A stretch of DNA of 64,000 nt from Trichoplax adhaerens (lineage: Eukaryota > Animalia > Placozoa): contig NW_002060944.1 in the NCBI RefSeq assembly GCF_000150275.1, positions 6,423,102 to 6,487,101 of the forward strand, in the 5' to 3' direction. This document shows positions 12,301-27,201 of this stretch, piece after piece. Position numbers and translations under genes: made by a program. The first letter of the stretch is position 1; each line of letters starts with the position of its first letter. A model generated the notes under the pieces. It did not search any database, was not told the DNA's origin, and saw only the letters and a list, made by a program, of their open reading frames with translations.

Positions 12301-15002
12301 TACGAATGTCAACCAGCTTCATTGTTGTCTGTTTTGGGTATGAAAATGCCTTCAACCAGGTTAGACTGAATTTAACGAAAGTTTATGTGACAAAGTTTGA
12401 AATCGTAGAAAATCGAATATTCTTTTGTAATGTAATAATACTGATTACGCATTAACAAATTGAATTACGGTAGTTCAAGTTTCATAAGGAAATACGACGT
12501 ATACTGACAGTACTATGGTTGTATTCTTTTAAATAATAGTGATAGCAACTCTGTATGTACAAATACCATTAATATATCGGATTGGAAGGGTCACGAGAAG
12601 GTATCAGTAGTTTTGATATTTACTACTACTACATGACTAATGATTAGTACTAGCTCTTAAAAGCTACTGTACTCAACTTCATAATGCTGTCTATTATAGG
12701 ATCAAAACTTACTACAAGCATGGAATAAGGCAGCTTCTTATTTATCAAATGAAAGTAACGTTAGTATCTATACAATAAGGCTCATAAATTTCTTAATTGC
12801 TTGAATTTAGTAGTTGAGAGAACAAAGTTATTGATTAAATCTGATACGATAAAGTAATTTAGGGTGAGATGTTAAATTTTATCTATATTCATCCTTGCTA
12901 TGCTGATAATATACACAGTATACGGCCGTGAAAAAATTCGAAAAAGCTGTTGATGAAGTCTTATCTGCTTTGAGTCCTGTAAAGGTAATCACGACCAGCA
13001 TAACCTAACAAGTCTAAAGTGTAGCTGTATAACATCATAAAATGTATGCGTAATATTTCTTTTTTTTCCGTGGATGAAGGGCTATGCCAAAGCTATGTAC
13101 TGCAACGCTTTATCTCAATTACTGCATCAGTGCATCGTTATGGAAAAGATTTGGCCAAGAAATGCTTTTATAAAACTTATTCGCGCGAATGGGATATCAT
13201 TTAGGTTATGATCCTATTAGTTTTCTCTGAATGGATTATTCTTCTGGTGCAAATGGATTGATTGTTATAAAGCCTAACCTTTATAATGCTGTTAAAAACT
13301 GATGCCATTTGTTAATTTTTAATTGTAGTGCTTGCCCATCACTCTTTCCGACTATATTCGAAAAAGATGATATGGTATTTGTGATACCCCACTCAATATC
13401 GGTGATTTTTATTAATTCCTCATTCAAATTTACTACTATTGTAATTGTAGGTTCTGTTTTTACTTGCTGTTAAAAAAATTCGCAACTTATCAGAAGCTGT
13501 TATCGTGAGAGGGATGAAATATATTCTGTTGTAAGTGCAGTGAATGTTACACCCTACCCAATAACCTTAAAAGAAAACTATTAACAATCCAGATTTTTAA
13601 AAATAAAATGCTCGTATATGTCATGATTCTATTATTCTTGCAAAATCGTGTCTTATTCTACATCATTTAGTCAAGTATCATCAATTATTTTATTTTTATT
13701 ATCGATGAGCCATGGACATGGTAATCTTTTCGTTACAGTTTAGGATAACGAACATTGTCGTAATATTATTGATTGCCGCTGTCTGGAAATTATTCCGTGT
13801 TACGGTTTCTTAATGTCTAAATATGATTATGATCACTTTCAGGGCAAGCGAATCAGTTATTACAGAAGCAGATAAAGAATTAAAGAAAAACGATGATTCT
13901 GAATTGAATGAAACATTAATTGAATTCAACGATATTCAAATCACAAAGCGAAAGGCTGAATACTTGTATCCTGTTATAAAAATTTTACTAACCCACCAAG
14001 GGTTGCTATATTTCTACGAAATATTAAAATAATGAGCGTGATAGTCCATTTTAATACCTTTCATATTTTCTGCACTCTAATTAAAAATATCTGAAATAGG
14101 GTTATTTTCTTAATATAAACAATCAGAAATTTGCTCTTGAGGCAGTTAAATAGTCATCTTTATTTTATGAATGAAGAATTGAGGACGTTCACTGTTCAAG
14201 AATGTTTGGTATGATACATTCTAATTCTGATTGATCTTAAATTATTATGGAGTGAATTGTTTCCTATATTTACTGAAGTTAAAATTTAATGTTTTTAATG
14301 GATGGCTTTATGAGTTGGAAAGCAAACTATAGAAAAATGACCGATATAAAATTAAACTTTATGTTGTCATTTTTCATTACAGGCTCTTGTACGATATTTA
14401 ATATACTTATTGAAGCTGTGTATAGATGACAAAAACCACCGAATGAAAGCTATCAAACAAACCTTGGTTAGAATTATCACATACTTACTTTACAGTCAAT
14501 GATAGTTACTAACGCAGAATGAGAAAATGTTTTGTTCTGTATTGTAACTTTATACATGCCAATAGATGTAGCTGATACTGCATAATCATAATATTTATTG
14601 ATCGTTTAACGTTTTGATTAAATTTTTATAATCCTAGGTTCTAGACTGGATAAATGCACTGTTGGATTCGCATTACATTCAGTTTACTTTATCAAAGGAT
14701 GCACATCAAGTTATTAAGGAATTATTTCAGCTTGTTCAAACGCAAGTAAGCCGGCTAAATTTGTTTTTGCCGAGATTCTAATGATACCATGTTACTGGTC
14801 TGCAAATTTTATCTTTTCTTATATCAAAGGAGAAGCTTCGATGTATACATTAAATTGATGAAATTTATTTTTGTTTCTGTAGATTCATATTTACGATAAA
14901 ATTCATCGCCTACGTGGGTTCTTAGAGTATTTTAGAGGTTCTTTTAGTTTATCCAAGCCAAAACAAATCCAAAATTATTCTATTGAAGTAATATCATTAT
15001 AA
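9373..15002 (+). CDS. NOL11: Nucleolar protein 11 (SSU processome t-UTP), many small exons
   Basis: N-terminus MAKINDSFLLC...VVGIAQHSSPNRIIVTYAKKGIYVYD; C-terminal VLDWINALLDSHYIQFTLSKDAHQVIKELFQLVQTQ and NYSIEVISL* match the NOL11 signature (IMDWICLLLDANF...YSIEVLEL). Confidence 0.85.
13966..14126 (+). other. U12-type (minor spliceosome) GT-AG intron in NOL11
   Basis: 5' site GTATCCTGT; branch-like TTTTCTTAAT at 14105-14114, ~12 nt before the AG; no polypyrimidine tract. Splicing joins KAEYL to NLLLRQ in frame. Confidence 0.75.
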
Positions 15003-18000
15003 CCTTGATGTTTAATACTACAGATATTTCAGCGTGCATTTAACTCTACCGGTAGCAGTCATGATACGAGATACTACTCTATAGCTATAGCTTTCATAAA
15101 TTTTTCAAAATTCATACGAGATATTAATATCTTATCAAATAAATGTACTGTATATTGTCTTAAAATGGAGAAGGAACGGTTACATACTTTACTCACGTAC
15201 ATTATATCGTATACATTATTAATACGTCTAAGATGTAAAAAATTACACAAATTAATCCGGACACGGAATGTCAGAGGTTATAATGCACGGTGTGAAATGT
15301 TTATAAGTTGTTATGTATACGAAATTGGAGATACGAAATGAATTTATATAAGTACTTTAGCTATTTTTACAGGTTAGGATGCTTTACAGACGTTAAGATA
15401 ACATGTTATCATTACTGATTGATAAAGTTATCTAATTGACACTTTTTATTTACAAAATGCTGTACATATAATGAATATGAAAATTCCCATATGCAAAGGA
15501 CTACATACTACATCAATAGAGATAAATGTGTGATGACCAGTTTAGTTTAGTTTAAATGTTACTGCAATGGAAATGAATATGTCGTATAGTTGTTCATGCC
15601 TCCAAAAATAACGGAAATTCTTGTAGATGTATGGTTTGCCGTCTAACGATGAATGCATTGAAAAATTTGAAACTAGAAAATTACATTGCAATTGAGTTAT
15701 TAGCTATCATAGTATGGGTATTATACTGTTACAAATAGCAATTTAAAAATCAATAATTACTTTCTATATAATAAATCACTGCAGAGTAGAAAATCGAAAC
15801 TACTGTATTTTAATTAGTTCCTTTTAACAGATTACGACGACATTAATGTGCTATTAACGTACTACTTGCATAACCTCACAAGTAGAAGTTCCATTAAAAG
15901 GCAATGTTGTTAATTCTAAAATTAATTTTCTGCGTTATATCAAACATAACTAGCGCAAATACACTTTAGTATTTGTAAGCTAGCATCAACATCTGGAATT
16001 TTAGTTTACCGTATCCTTTATTTCCTTTATTCGTGGATATCTTTATCTTGGTCAAATCAGATCATTGTCGAGCTTTTGATAGGCAAGGCATAGAATGTTA
16101 GACAGACTACCTTATAATATTAGGATACCTTTCAAAACGTTGTTGTTTTCAATAATACCCTAAGACGTTAACAAACATCAAGAAATTATGTATTGTGAAT
16201 TAGTTTTTCATAAATAGAGTGCTAGGTAAATAAACCAGTCGTTGGCCCGTCGATATTCCCGTTCTATAGATTATGATCGATAGTTAGCATATGATTATGA
16301 CTTGATTTTATCGTTATCGATGTTGTTATTTCTGAATAATTTGTATTGACAAGGATATTCTTTTTATTGCCAATATAGTAAATGTATATCGAAAATAATT
16401 CTTACATGACAGATTATTTATTTTTAAAAATCTATGAATCAACGATTACGTAGTGGGTTAATTAAGAGATTGCATTACAATCGCTGTATAAAAGTTATTG
16501 TATCTAACAATCGTCTTACTTAGTCATTTCTACCTCATTCAATATCTGTATTCAATTAGATTACAATAGCAAAGACTACATGATAGGAACTCATTTTTGA
16601 CAGTGTCAAAGAGTCTGATAAACGCCGATAAACTCTATTTTAGGCGATCCATCATCAGGTAATAGAGTAAAACATAAACTAGTTTCTTAGATAGTTACTT
16701 TATTCGATGGTGTTATTACCATAACATCAGACAATAGTAAAAAAAGATATAGATCTAATTATTGCATATAACAAAAAAGTAAGCATGGATATGCCCTTTA
16801 ACAGTAAATATATAATTACAGCGATGGAATAAGACTTGGAAAATATGTATTGATATCTGTGCCGGCAATAGTTATTGGTACTAGTTTGTCATGGTCGTAG
16901 TTGTAACTCTTGCAGGATAGAATAAGACAATGTATATCAAAGATCCATGGCTAAAATGTGATAAAATGCGATAACATGATAGGTACAAAAAAGAATGCTT
17001 AGCCAGCATTAATAATTAATTAGTCCAGATGCGTATGGGGAAGGATAAGAGCTGCACTTTATGTGTAAATAATATGGAAACAAATACTTTGTTCATCATT
17101 ATCCTAGTTTAAACTTTGAAGCTTAATGTTATCTCTTGGCATAAATTATATAAGAGTATTGAAATTAAAGATGGTCTAAATCGCAGCTATTCATTAAACG
17201 GAGGAGAAAAAAATCAATCTTGGTCATTACCCGTAGTCTAGTTATCCGTTATAATATTTATCATGGTGCAAAAATTAACCATACTAGCAAGATATTCAAA
17301 AAAGAGAAATTGTACTTGATCACTATAAGCACTAACTTTTACTTTATAAATGATCCAATAGAGAATTGATGATAATACATAATAAAGCTAGATGTAGAAA
17401 TAAGATGATAACATTAACGACATGGACAAATTTTTAAAATTAAATGATCGAACTCTATTATTCCTAGTAGTAACTTTTGAAATAAACTCAGCCAAAAAAA
17501 AGTAAGATATCAAAAGAGAAGTAGGTTTAGGATTAGTAAATTGCAATTAAATTAAGAAATGATAGATAATGTGAGGAGAAAAAATATTGTTGGTAGAATA
17601 TTCAGTATTAAGGATTTTAAAATTAGGGCAATTATATGTTATAGTTTCCATTAAGCCAATCCTATCAACTTTAAAATTATAATCATGGCATAGCTCATTG
17701 GCGAATTGTCATGAATGATATATTAAATCATTAGTAAGATTAACAATACTTATACTATCGACTAATTGGTTTTTTTTTAATACAAGGAGATAATGGTGTG
17801 AAAGGGGATCATATGCATTAAAGTATCTGTAAGGCTTTTATAAAATATAAGGAAAAGTCATCAAAGAAGGGAGAGAAAATTTTTTATAATGTCATAAAAT
17901 TATTATGAATGAAACTCGAAATAGAAATGAAAGAGATATTGGCAAAGTTTGACTACAGTAGTCATGCTATGCATGTCAATGAATCTGTCGCCAATCAATA

Positions 18001-18587
18001 ATTAAAATGGACTGTATTTTTTTGCTCTCTCTTAGTCGATAGTCGATGAAATAAGTCAAAATGAACTTTGCAATGTGATCCTATAAGTTCGATATGGTAA
18101 ACTAGACATTGGATGTAATTTAATTAACATCCAATACCATACGGAGATTTTATCTATAAAGGGAAACATTTGGGGGTATCCAACTTGCTTGCAAGTTGGT
18201 TGTTAATTATCATTCCAGATTGAATTTCTAAATCAATAATCTAATCAAGATATCGCGCGCTATATCTTTTTATTTCAATAAGAGCAGCCATGTTGGATGA
18301 CAAGACGATAATGCGGAAGAGTTGAAATGAATAAAAAAATTTACATGATGACATTAGACAGTCATCATCAAAGGATCAACAAGAAAAAAACAGTGGCAAA
18401 TCAACGAAAATACAAAACCGTTGATTTACAGTTGATGCTCAATCTTGATCATGTCAAGCAGAATGATCACATAAGAGAGTAAAATCAGTGATAGCAAACA
18501 TGCTTGATGATTATTTTCTATTTCTACACAATGATACTATCCATTAATTTTGAGTCTACATTAGACGTCGTTAGGATAAAATCATGT

Positions 18588-19244
18588 TCAATACGACCAC
18601 GATAAAGTAGAGAATAATGATGGTAACAGAGCGATGACAAGATAAGGATAGAAGTAAGCAGATGTAAAGAATTGCTTAGCATGACCGGTCTGATAGATAT
18701 TTAATAAATTTTCATAACGCTTAATGGAATAGCACTTGCCAGATTGATAACTTTGAACTTGAAATTGTCGACCTTGGCAAAATTCACGTCCATTACGATA
18801 CCAATAATAGATAGGATCACCTTTATAAGTCGCATTGATACATGCATCATAAAGATCTTGACACATATCATCGCAAATGGTTAATCGCCGATCGGCGTAG
18901 AAATCTTTTTGATCTGGTGCACAGATATAACACATAAGATAAGTTAATGATTGTCGACATTGATCATTAACATTAAATAACGGTATATTATCGGTAAAGA
19001 TAGAATCGATTTCAGCTTGATAACAACATGATTGATTACGGAACCAAGAACAGCTGGATAGCTGGGATTGGGGTCGAGCTAATCGATTATGAAAATAAGG
19101 ACAGTATTTGATCGAGGTTGTTGTATTAGTTAAAACAGTTACTTCACACTTTACTTGACGGCTAAATATGATCATCAAGGTTAGCATGACTATCCAAGCA
19201 GTCCATGTTCTGGACCAAATTGCTGTAGTAGAGCTCGATTGCAT
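18588..19244 (-). CDS. Folate receptor / riboflavin-binding protein family, single exon, probably GPI-anchored
   Basis: 218-aa ORF with signal peptide, Cys pattern CSWFRNQSCC...CRQSLTYLMCYICAP...ICDDMCQDLYDAC...EFC...CY, and a hydrophobic C-terminal tail. Confidence 0.8.
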   Translation of the reverse strand: MQSSSTTAIWSRTWTAWIVMLTLMIIFSRQVKCEVTVLTNTTTSIKYCPYFHNRLARPQSQLSSCSWFRNQSCCYQAEIDSIFTDNIPLFNVNDQCRQSLTYLMCYICAPDQKDFYADRRLTICDDMCQDLYDACINATYKGDPIYYWYRNGREFCQGRQFQVQSYQSGKCYSIKRYENLLNIYQTGHAKQFFTSAYFYPYLVIALLPSLFSTLSWSY

Positions 19245-19940
19245 TTTGAATGTATTTCCTCGATTGCAATCGAGCGATAACGCTAGCCCAAAGATAACAA
19301 CAATAATATTATCAAAGTAATTTTTTTTCGATCAATACACTGTTTATCTAATTTGTTGAGATTGTGGTTAAATCCACGTTACTGCAGAGTCATCATCGTC
19401 TTGTTGGCGTTTTTCCCCAATAAGATTATAAGATTATTGCTACCAATAGTTAATAGCTGGTTGATCAAAGTCAGTGATGAGAATGGAAGAGAGTCTTTAG
19501 AAATGCCTAATTAAATCTATTTTAGAAGTTCAAGCCCACTTCTCCCTTCTTGTTGCAGTTCCCCCTCCACCGTGAGGCTGCGTTTGATAGACGCAGCGAT
19601 ACGGGCTTTCAAAAAGCAGTAAGCGGTAGTAGTACAGTATAACGCTCAAATGAGTGATTGCGCTAGTTGACTAATTTTGATTTTTGTCCTGGATTTTCTA
19701 TAGTGTAGTCTGTCCCATCACAGTTTCTAGTATACAAGGTGTTACCGTGATAGTGATTTTAGCACTTTTATCACGTCTGAGTCTTTTCCTTGTGACAGTT
19801 AGTACCAGGGACTTCGTCGCACTCATGCGTCTTGTCCCACTGTCCGTCCAGTGTAGTTTCTTACAGTCCTGTTATCGTCAAGGTGGTATTAGCACTGTGC
19901 ACTGTACACTGTAAAAAGGACAGACCCTGCTCGAGCTGCC

Positions 19941-20410
19941 TGCAGCAGGAGCAAGGATGCTAAGCGGAGCTCCGCCATAGACAACGCAAGGCATCGTAGG
20001 AAAGTCTACCAGATACACAACGATAGCTACTTTATCAAAACAGTACTTGGTGAGAAGGTAGTTGATCTAAGCTCAATCAAAATGCCGCTAAATCATATAT
20101 TCGTCGCCATTGAATTCGGACTCAGTCTCTTTTATAGTTAGTAGTACAAGATGGTATTGCAGTAGCATAACACCCAAGGGACACACTAGTCTAGGGGGCA
20201 TGCAAACTACTCTCTTGCAACGTTGGCTTTCACCAGACCCAAGGACTATTACAGCAGTCGACAAAATAGGGTAGGATACCTGCCCAGGGAAAAGCTGCTA
20301 CAGCAGAATAGAGATTACAAACTTGTAGCAGGATACTAAATGGAGCTCCACAGTAGACAACATAGAGCAGAAAAGCCCACCCAATACACAACGACCTCTA
20401 CTTTAGAAAA
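19941..20410. repeat. Diverged direct repeat of ~90 bp (19941-20040 vs 20324-20410)
   Basis: aggatgctaagcggagctccgccatagacaac...atacacaacgatagctacttta aligns with aggatactaaatggagctccacagtagacaac...atacacaacgacctctacttta. Confidence 0.7.
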
Positions 20411-20604
20411 TGCTCCACATTCTACCGCATGGAAGATGTCCGAACTGTACAGTATGCGTAGACTCGTAGATGAAGCATAACATACTGTTTAATAAACGAT
20501 GTCTTGAATAGCAATGATAGAATGAATAGCGTATATAGATAGACTTAGTATGCATAGCAATGCCAAGTCATGATCATCAAACTCAATAAATAGAATCTTA
20601 AAAC

Positions 20605-20662
20605 CATGGACTACTAAATTTACCTTAGTAGTCCATGCTTAGGACGTTAGCTAATGTCCTAA
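20605..20662. repeat. Two adjacent inverted repeats (hairpins)
   Basis: catggactactaa-atttacc-ttagtagtccatg (perfect 13-bp stem), then the near-perfect palindrome ttaggacgttagctaatgtcctaa. Confidence 0.85.
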
Positions 20663-21761
20663 ATGATTGGTGTACGAGTATAGTCAATGAATTGACCAAA
20701 TTGAGAAAATTTTCATGTTTCCTTTACTTTCGGAGCTAATTCTATGCAAAGAAATAGATACTAGATAACTCAATTTATACTCATAATGGAACAGGCATAG
20801 AACTAAAAATAAAATCGACTAAAGTATTTACGAAAGTAGTTTATGCCGACTGAATCGCAGTAACTCACATGAGTTATACAGTATTATCATCGATATTGCG
20901 CTAAGCAATGAGACACATCATCACGGCATACTTGAAAGTCTATTCTGAATAAAGAAATAAGTTACGCATGTTGTCTTCTAATAAAGTATGTCAGCATGTA
21001 TTTACAATAACATTGGACCGATACAAATATATTTCAAACCATACAGATCTACTATTGACAACACAAGATTGGATACAAGATACTACAAGCATTCCATAAA
21101 CATCTTAATCTATCTCGATTTTAAAAGTATTACAAGCGTACGCGTACAGTTATACTGTAAAATTCTAACCCAGTCCACAAGATATACCGATAACATAATT
21201 TGCCTACATTTGTATTCGTATGATGATTGACTTTGCGACACAACTATTACAAAATATATTTCACAGGATGGCTAAAGTAATCGCACATTTAGCGTCATAA
21301 ATCCATACAAAATATTAGACGCAGATGCTAGTCAAAACACGCAAAACAATACCAAAAAGTAAGCATCATCGCCAATCGATAAAAATAGAATTCATAATCT
21401 AAATTTCATAATTTGATGACTTGAAGGTTTTCAACTCAGTCTAAATTGAGCGAATGGTACGATGTATTATTTTTACCAGTGTGAACACTGCACTTTAGCC
21501 AAGTTAACATTCTGCAATAACGTAACATTAATAACACAACAGGACAATAAGGACGATTTCAATTCTACAACACGAAATAAATTAATGAATATCAATAACT
21601 AAAGATAAATGACAGTGGTCATGAATTAGAAAGCCATAGTACCACAAATGTACGTACAGTAAAAAGTTCGCGCTGCACATCAAAAAAGAGCCGAATTTAG
21701 TAATCATTTAATTTACGTTCAACAGCAAAGGGTACACATACTCGATTATACAGTAGCAAGA

Positions 21762-23422
<1,661 letters not shown>

Positions 23423-24460
23423 TCTATGACTAGTTTTAATTAATGATTGATCGTTTTGCACATCCTCCACCAGAAAATCTCTTTTTAATTTTAAAAAATT
23501 TGTGAATAACAATATGACTAGGTAATATTTCTATTGCCTAATATCTGGCCTATACGTATCAGTCTACGCAACTATTCTAATCAAGATCAGCCAAGTCCCG
23601 CAATGGCAGGATATGAGGTGAAAATACTTCCAAAGCGAATGAAGAAAGTGTAAGATAAACCACCAATGTCGAAATGCTGATTTCCCAGCCGTATGCAGTC
23701 GTGTCGAGGATAATGGCGCTATCGCAGCTGAAATCGTTCAATTGAGAATGAAACAATTCAAATTTAAGTCTAAAATGTGATTTAGAACAACTCGTCTACT
23801 AATTTCGATGATAGCAGGAAAATAAAATGAAATTCATAGCAGCTAAACTAACTCGTGGAGGATTGCTGGAGAAGAAGCAACCAAGTCTTGTCCTCCTCCT
23901 ACAGCAGCAATTTGATGTAGTATGCTCGATACATACGAGAGTAAAGCAGAGTACAGTATAGCACCAATGATAGGCGTCGATGAACGTAAGACATGGAGGG
24001 CTCGATTTTGATGCCTATGGACTGGGTATAGTGTTAGTATAGTGTATCAAACGCTCACTCTTGTAAGCAAATACACTACGAATCTATACTAAACCTGTAG
24101 TATAATCGTATCCATGTTATACAGCAACATTCTCCGTGGATCATCAAGCCGATTAATGATGCAGCTACTTCGTTATTGCAAGAGCTCTCTATAACATATA
24201 CAAGCGAATAACCACTTTAATCGAGCACCATGATGTTGTTCATTACTTCTTCATCTGTTGGATCATCGTAGAATTGGAGGTATCAATTGCGATCATACGA
24301 ATTTAGATTAAATCCAAGTCGTTCATGATCATCCATTCATTGCAAGACTGGACCTCGTATCTGTTTAAACCATCGTTGAAATTGACATAGACACCGAAAG
24401 ATTTCAATCTCCTTCAGTAGAAACTAATACATTCCCATAATTTAGCAGGCAAATTCACAA

Positions 24461-26642
24461 ATGGCAGTGCTACATCGATATAGAACGATTTATATTTTAT
24501 TATCCTTTGTCATTGGCATATCGATTACTAATTGCACCCACAATTTACGTCAACATGATTCCCATCCCATGCAAAATTCACCGCTATATCCAGGTAACTC
24601 ATTGCTCTAGGATGCACCTTGATGGTGATAATTTCTTCTCATTTGTAAATTGAAGTGATTAGAGACTGAAACTTAATACTTATGCCTATCTTGATTAAAT
24701 CTTGTGTATGGAATAGTTTATCAGCATCTACTATACACTATATGTACATTGATAGGTTAGACTGTATCAAAATTTCTTATACGTATCATCTAATCTATTG
24801 CGTGTATATGTATTAATTTATTTGATAGATAAAAGAGACGATGGTTGTCATAAAGATGAGAATAAAAACTTAGCCTCTATCGATCGATCTGCAGCACTGG
24901 AAGGTTTTCATAGGTGCATTCATTTATAAAATAGCCTAGTCGTGTTAATTGTTATTCATTCAGAATAATGTTATGGAATGCTTTTGTGGTAATGTTATGT
25001 AATTTAGCTCGATACAGTATACCAAACGGTCATGAGTGCTTCAACTAACTGTAAATCAAAGTATACAGTATCATGTACATTAATAATAAGACGATATTGC
25101 CATCAATCTGAAAACTCGAATACTATAGTTGGAAAGCAACGAATCCAACAAAAATGTCGACACACTAATTTATAGAGTCAAGGATGAATAACAAATATTT
25201 AAAGTGTACTCTTAAAAGCTATCATAGCAATAACTTGCACTCTTAAACATATACCCTTACAATTACTGATCACCATCTACTACGTCCATAATAATCATTA
25301 TCATGTAGGGATTTAATAACCAAAATCAACTTTCGCTCCGAGGTTAAGTCAAATTTAACTTCATTTTCCGATCAATGCTCATTATTACTGGTAGAAAGGT
25401 TACCAACGGGTATTTATGTCGATTTAGACCAGGTTTTAATAGTATAAAATATCACTCTCATATAATTAATTGAAATTGAAAGAGAACCAACCTATTCTCT
25501 TCGCTATTTCTTAAAATTAGTTTATGCTCTTCATTTTATAGGTAGCAGAAATGGAAAGGCTACTTAAAGATATCTCGGTATATATTCAAATAAATATACC
25601 TATTATACACACAATTTTAATCCAAAATCATATTTCAGTCCGTAATTTAAATCTTAAGTAATTACTATTGCTACAGGTTATATCTTCTGACAGAATCGAT
25701 GTCGAAAAACCTGCTCATTTATCAACGGAGCATTTACTCCTGGTATATGCAAGAATAAACCCAATTACTGACGTAAGGTAAGTCGCGTCTTTTATTGCTG
25801 TTATCATTTTCCTTCCGTTTCCGTTAAATTTTTATCGTCATTCATTACTTAATTTGCTTCAAATAAAATGTAGTAGAAATACGCGTATTCGTGTCATAGA
25901 TGTAACTGATTTAAGTGACATGATTACATCGTTGTCATTAATTAAACAATACGACGTATAACCCCCTTGATGACAATAAATGATAAAAACGTTTTAACCG
26001 CAATTATAATTTTTAATCTTGTAATTTTGAACGGAAATACTTGCAATAGATCTACTAAGGTCTCACTTCCAATCCACCTACGTTATCACCTACCCCAGGA
26101 CGACTGGTATGGCTACACAGAAGTTGTTATGCCTCGTCCAATGTTAATACTTATCCATTGTGATAAAGGTTAGCAATTGCTTAAACTCCAATTTCCAGTA
26201 AATCGGCTGTTAACAACCAGACACTGCTAAATAACCTCTTGGTCAATTTATATATATTTAGAACTACCGGAATTCCAGTGTCAACCTAAATATACAGCTC
26301 CATGCAGCAATTCGAATAAGAGTTCTTGCGTTTGGAATCTCCTTTATGTGTGTATATACCCCTTATAACAAATATCTGCAGGCACTTAATTATTTACACT
26401 ATTGATTACTGAACCTTGTTTTTATGCACGAACTTCAGGATAATGAAAATGAAGATTCAGGCAATGAAATTATTCTTAAGGTACCTGTTGGAATTGTGAA
26501 GCATGGAGTTTTAGTCTCAATTGGAACGATTATTTCTGCAATTGCTGGAACAATTATTTTAATTATAGCTATAAAAAATGCATTCAGCGGAAAGGCAACG
26601 TACAAAGACAGGAATTACGTTTTAAAATCAAAAGTGCAGTAG
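24461..26642 (+). CDS. PIGX: GPI mannosyltransferase I subunit PIG-X/PBN1
   Basis: Signal peptide (MAVLHRYRTIYILLSFVIG); motifs EGFHR, CSLLLVERLPTGIYVD, IDVEKPA, LPIHLRYH, VPVG; C-terminal TM helix; GT-AG exons. Confidence 0.9.
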
Positions 26643-27201
26643 CTAAGTTATTTATATAACTCGCTTATATGCAATCAATTTGTTACGGAGGTCAATTAAC
26701 AAATATGTATATTTTTATAAATAGTATACAAATTAGACTCGTCTTTAATTGTATGAGTTGATCATGTTCATCACACGTATTTCAAGGCCCTATGGCGTAA
26801 ACATTCAAAGAATCCAATTTATTTGTAATAGTAAAGATAAAATGTTTACAATTTCAGATCGATATCATCTATAGAGATTATGATCATTTTCATAAATTGT
26901 ATTATTATAATAAAAGATGTTAATGCAAACTATAACCGAAGATCATAACACTATCACATTTTAATTATCTTCGTAGTAATTTCAAAGCGAGTAAAAATCG
27001 TGGTAACCGTTTAATAATCAAAAAGATTTTACATGATTGATGTATGTATTTGTCTTAGTACGAGATATAAATACTTGAATTTACAGCAACTTAGCGCCAT
27101 TCGTATAATTATGATATTGTGTTACTGCAAATTGTAGCTAAAAATTTCGAAAGTCATGCAATTAACACTACTTTAGCCCTAAATACAAACGCTGGATCAG
27201 A

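Noticed and set aside
16011-16020. GTATCCTTT, a perfect U12 donor consensus
   Set aside because: Lies ~1 kb past the NOL11 stop with no upstream exon or matching branch site identified.
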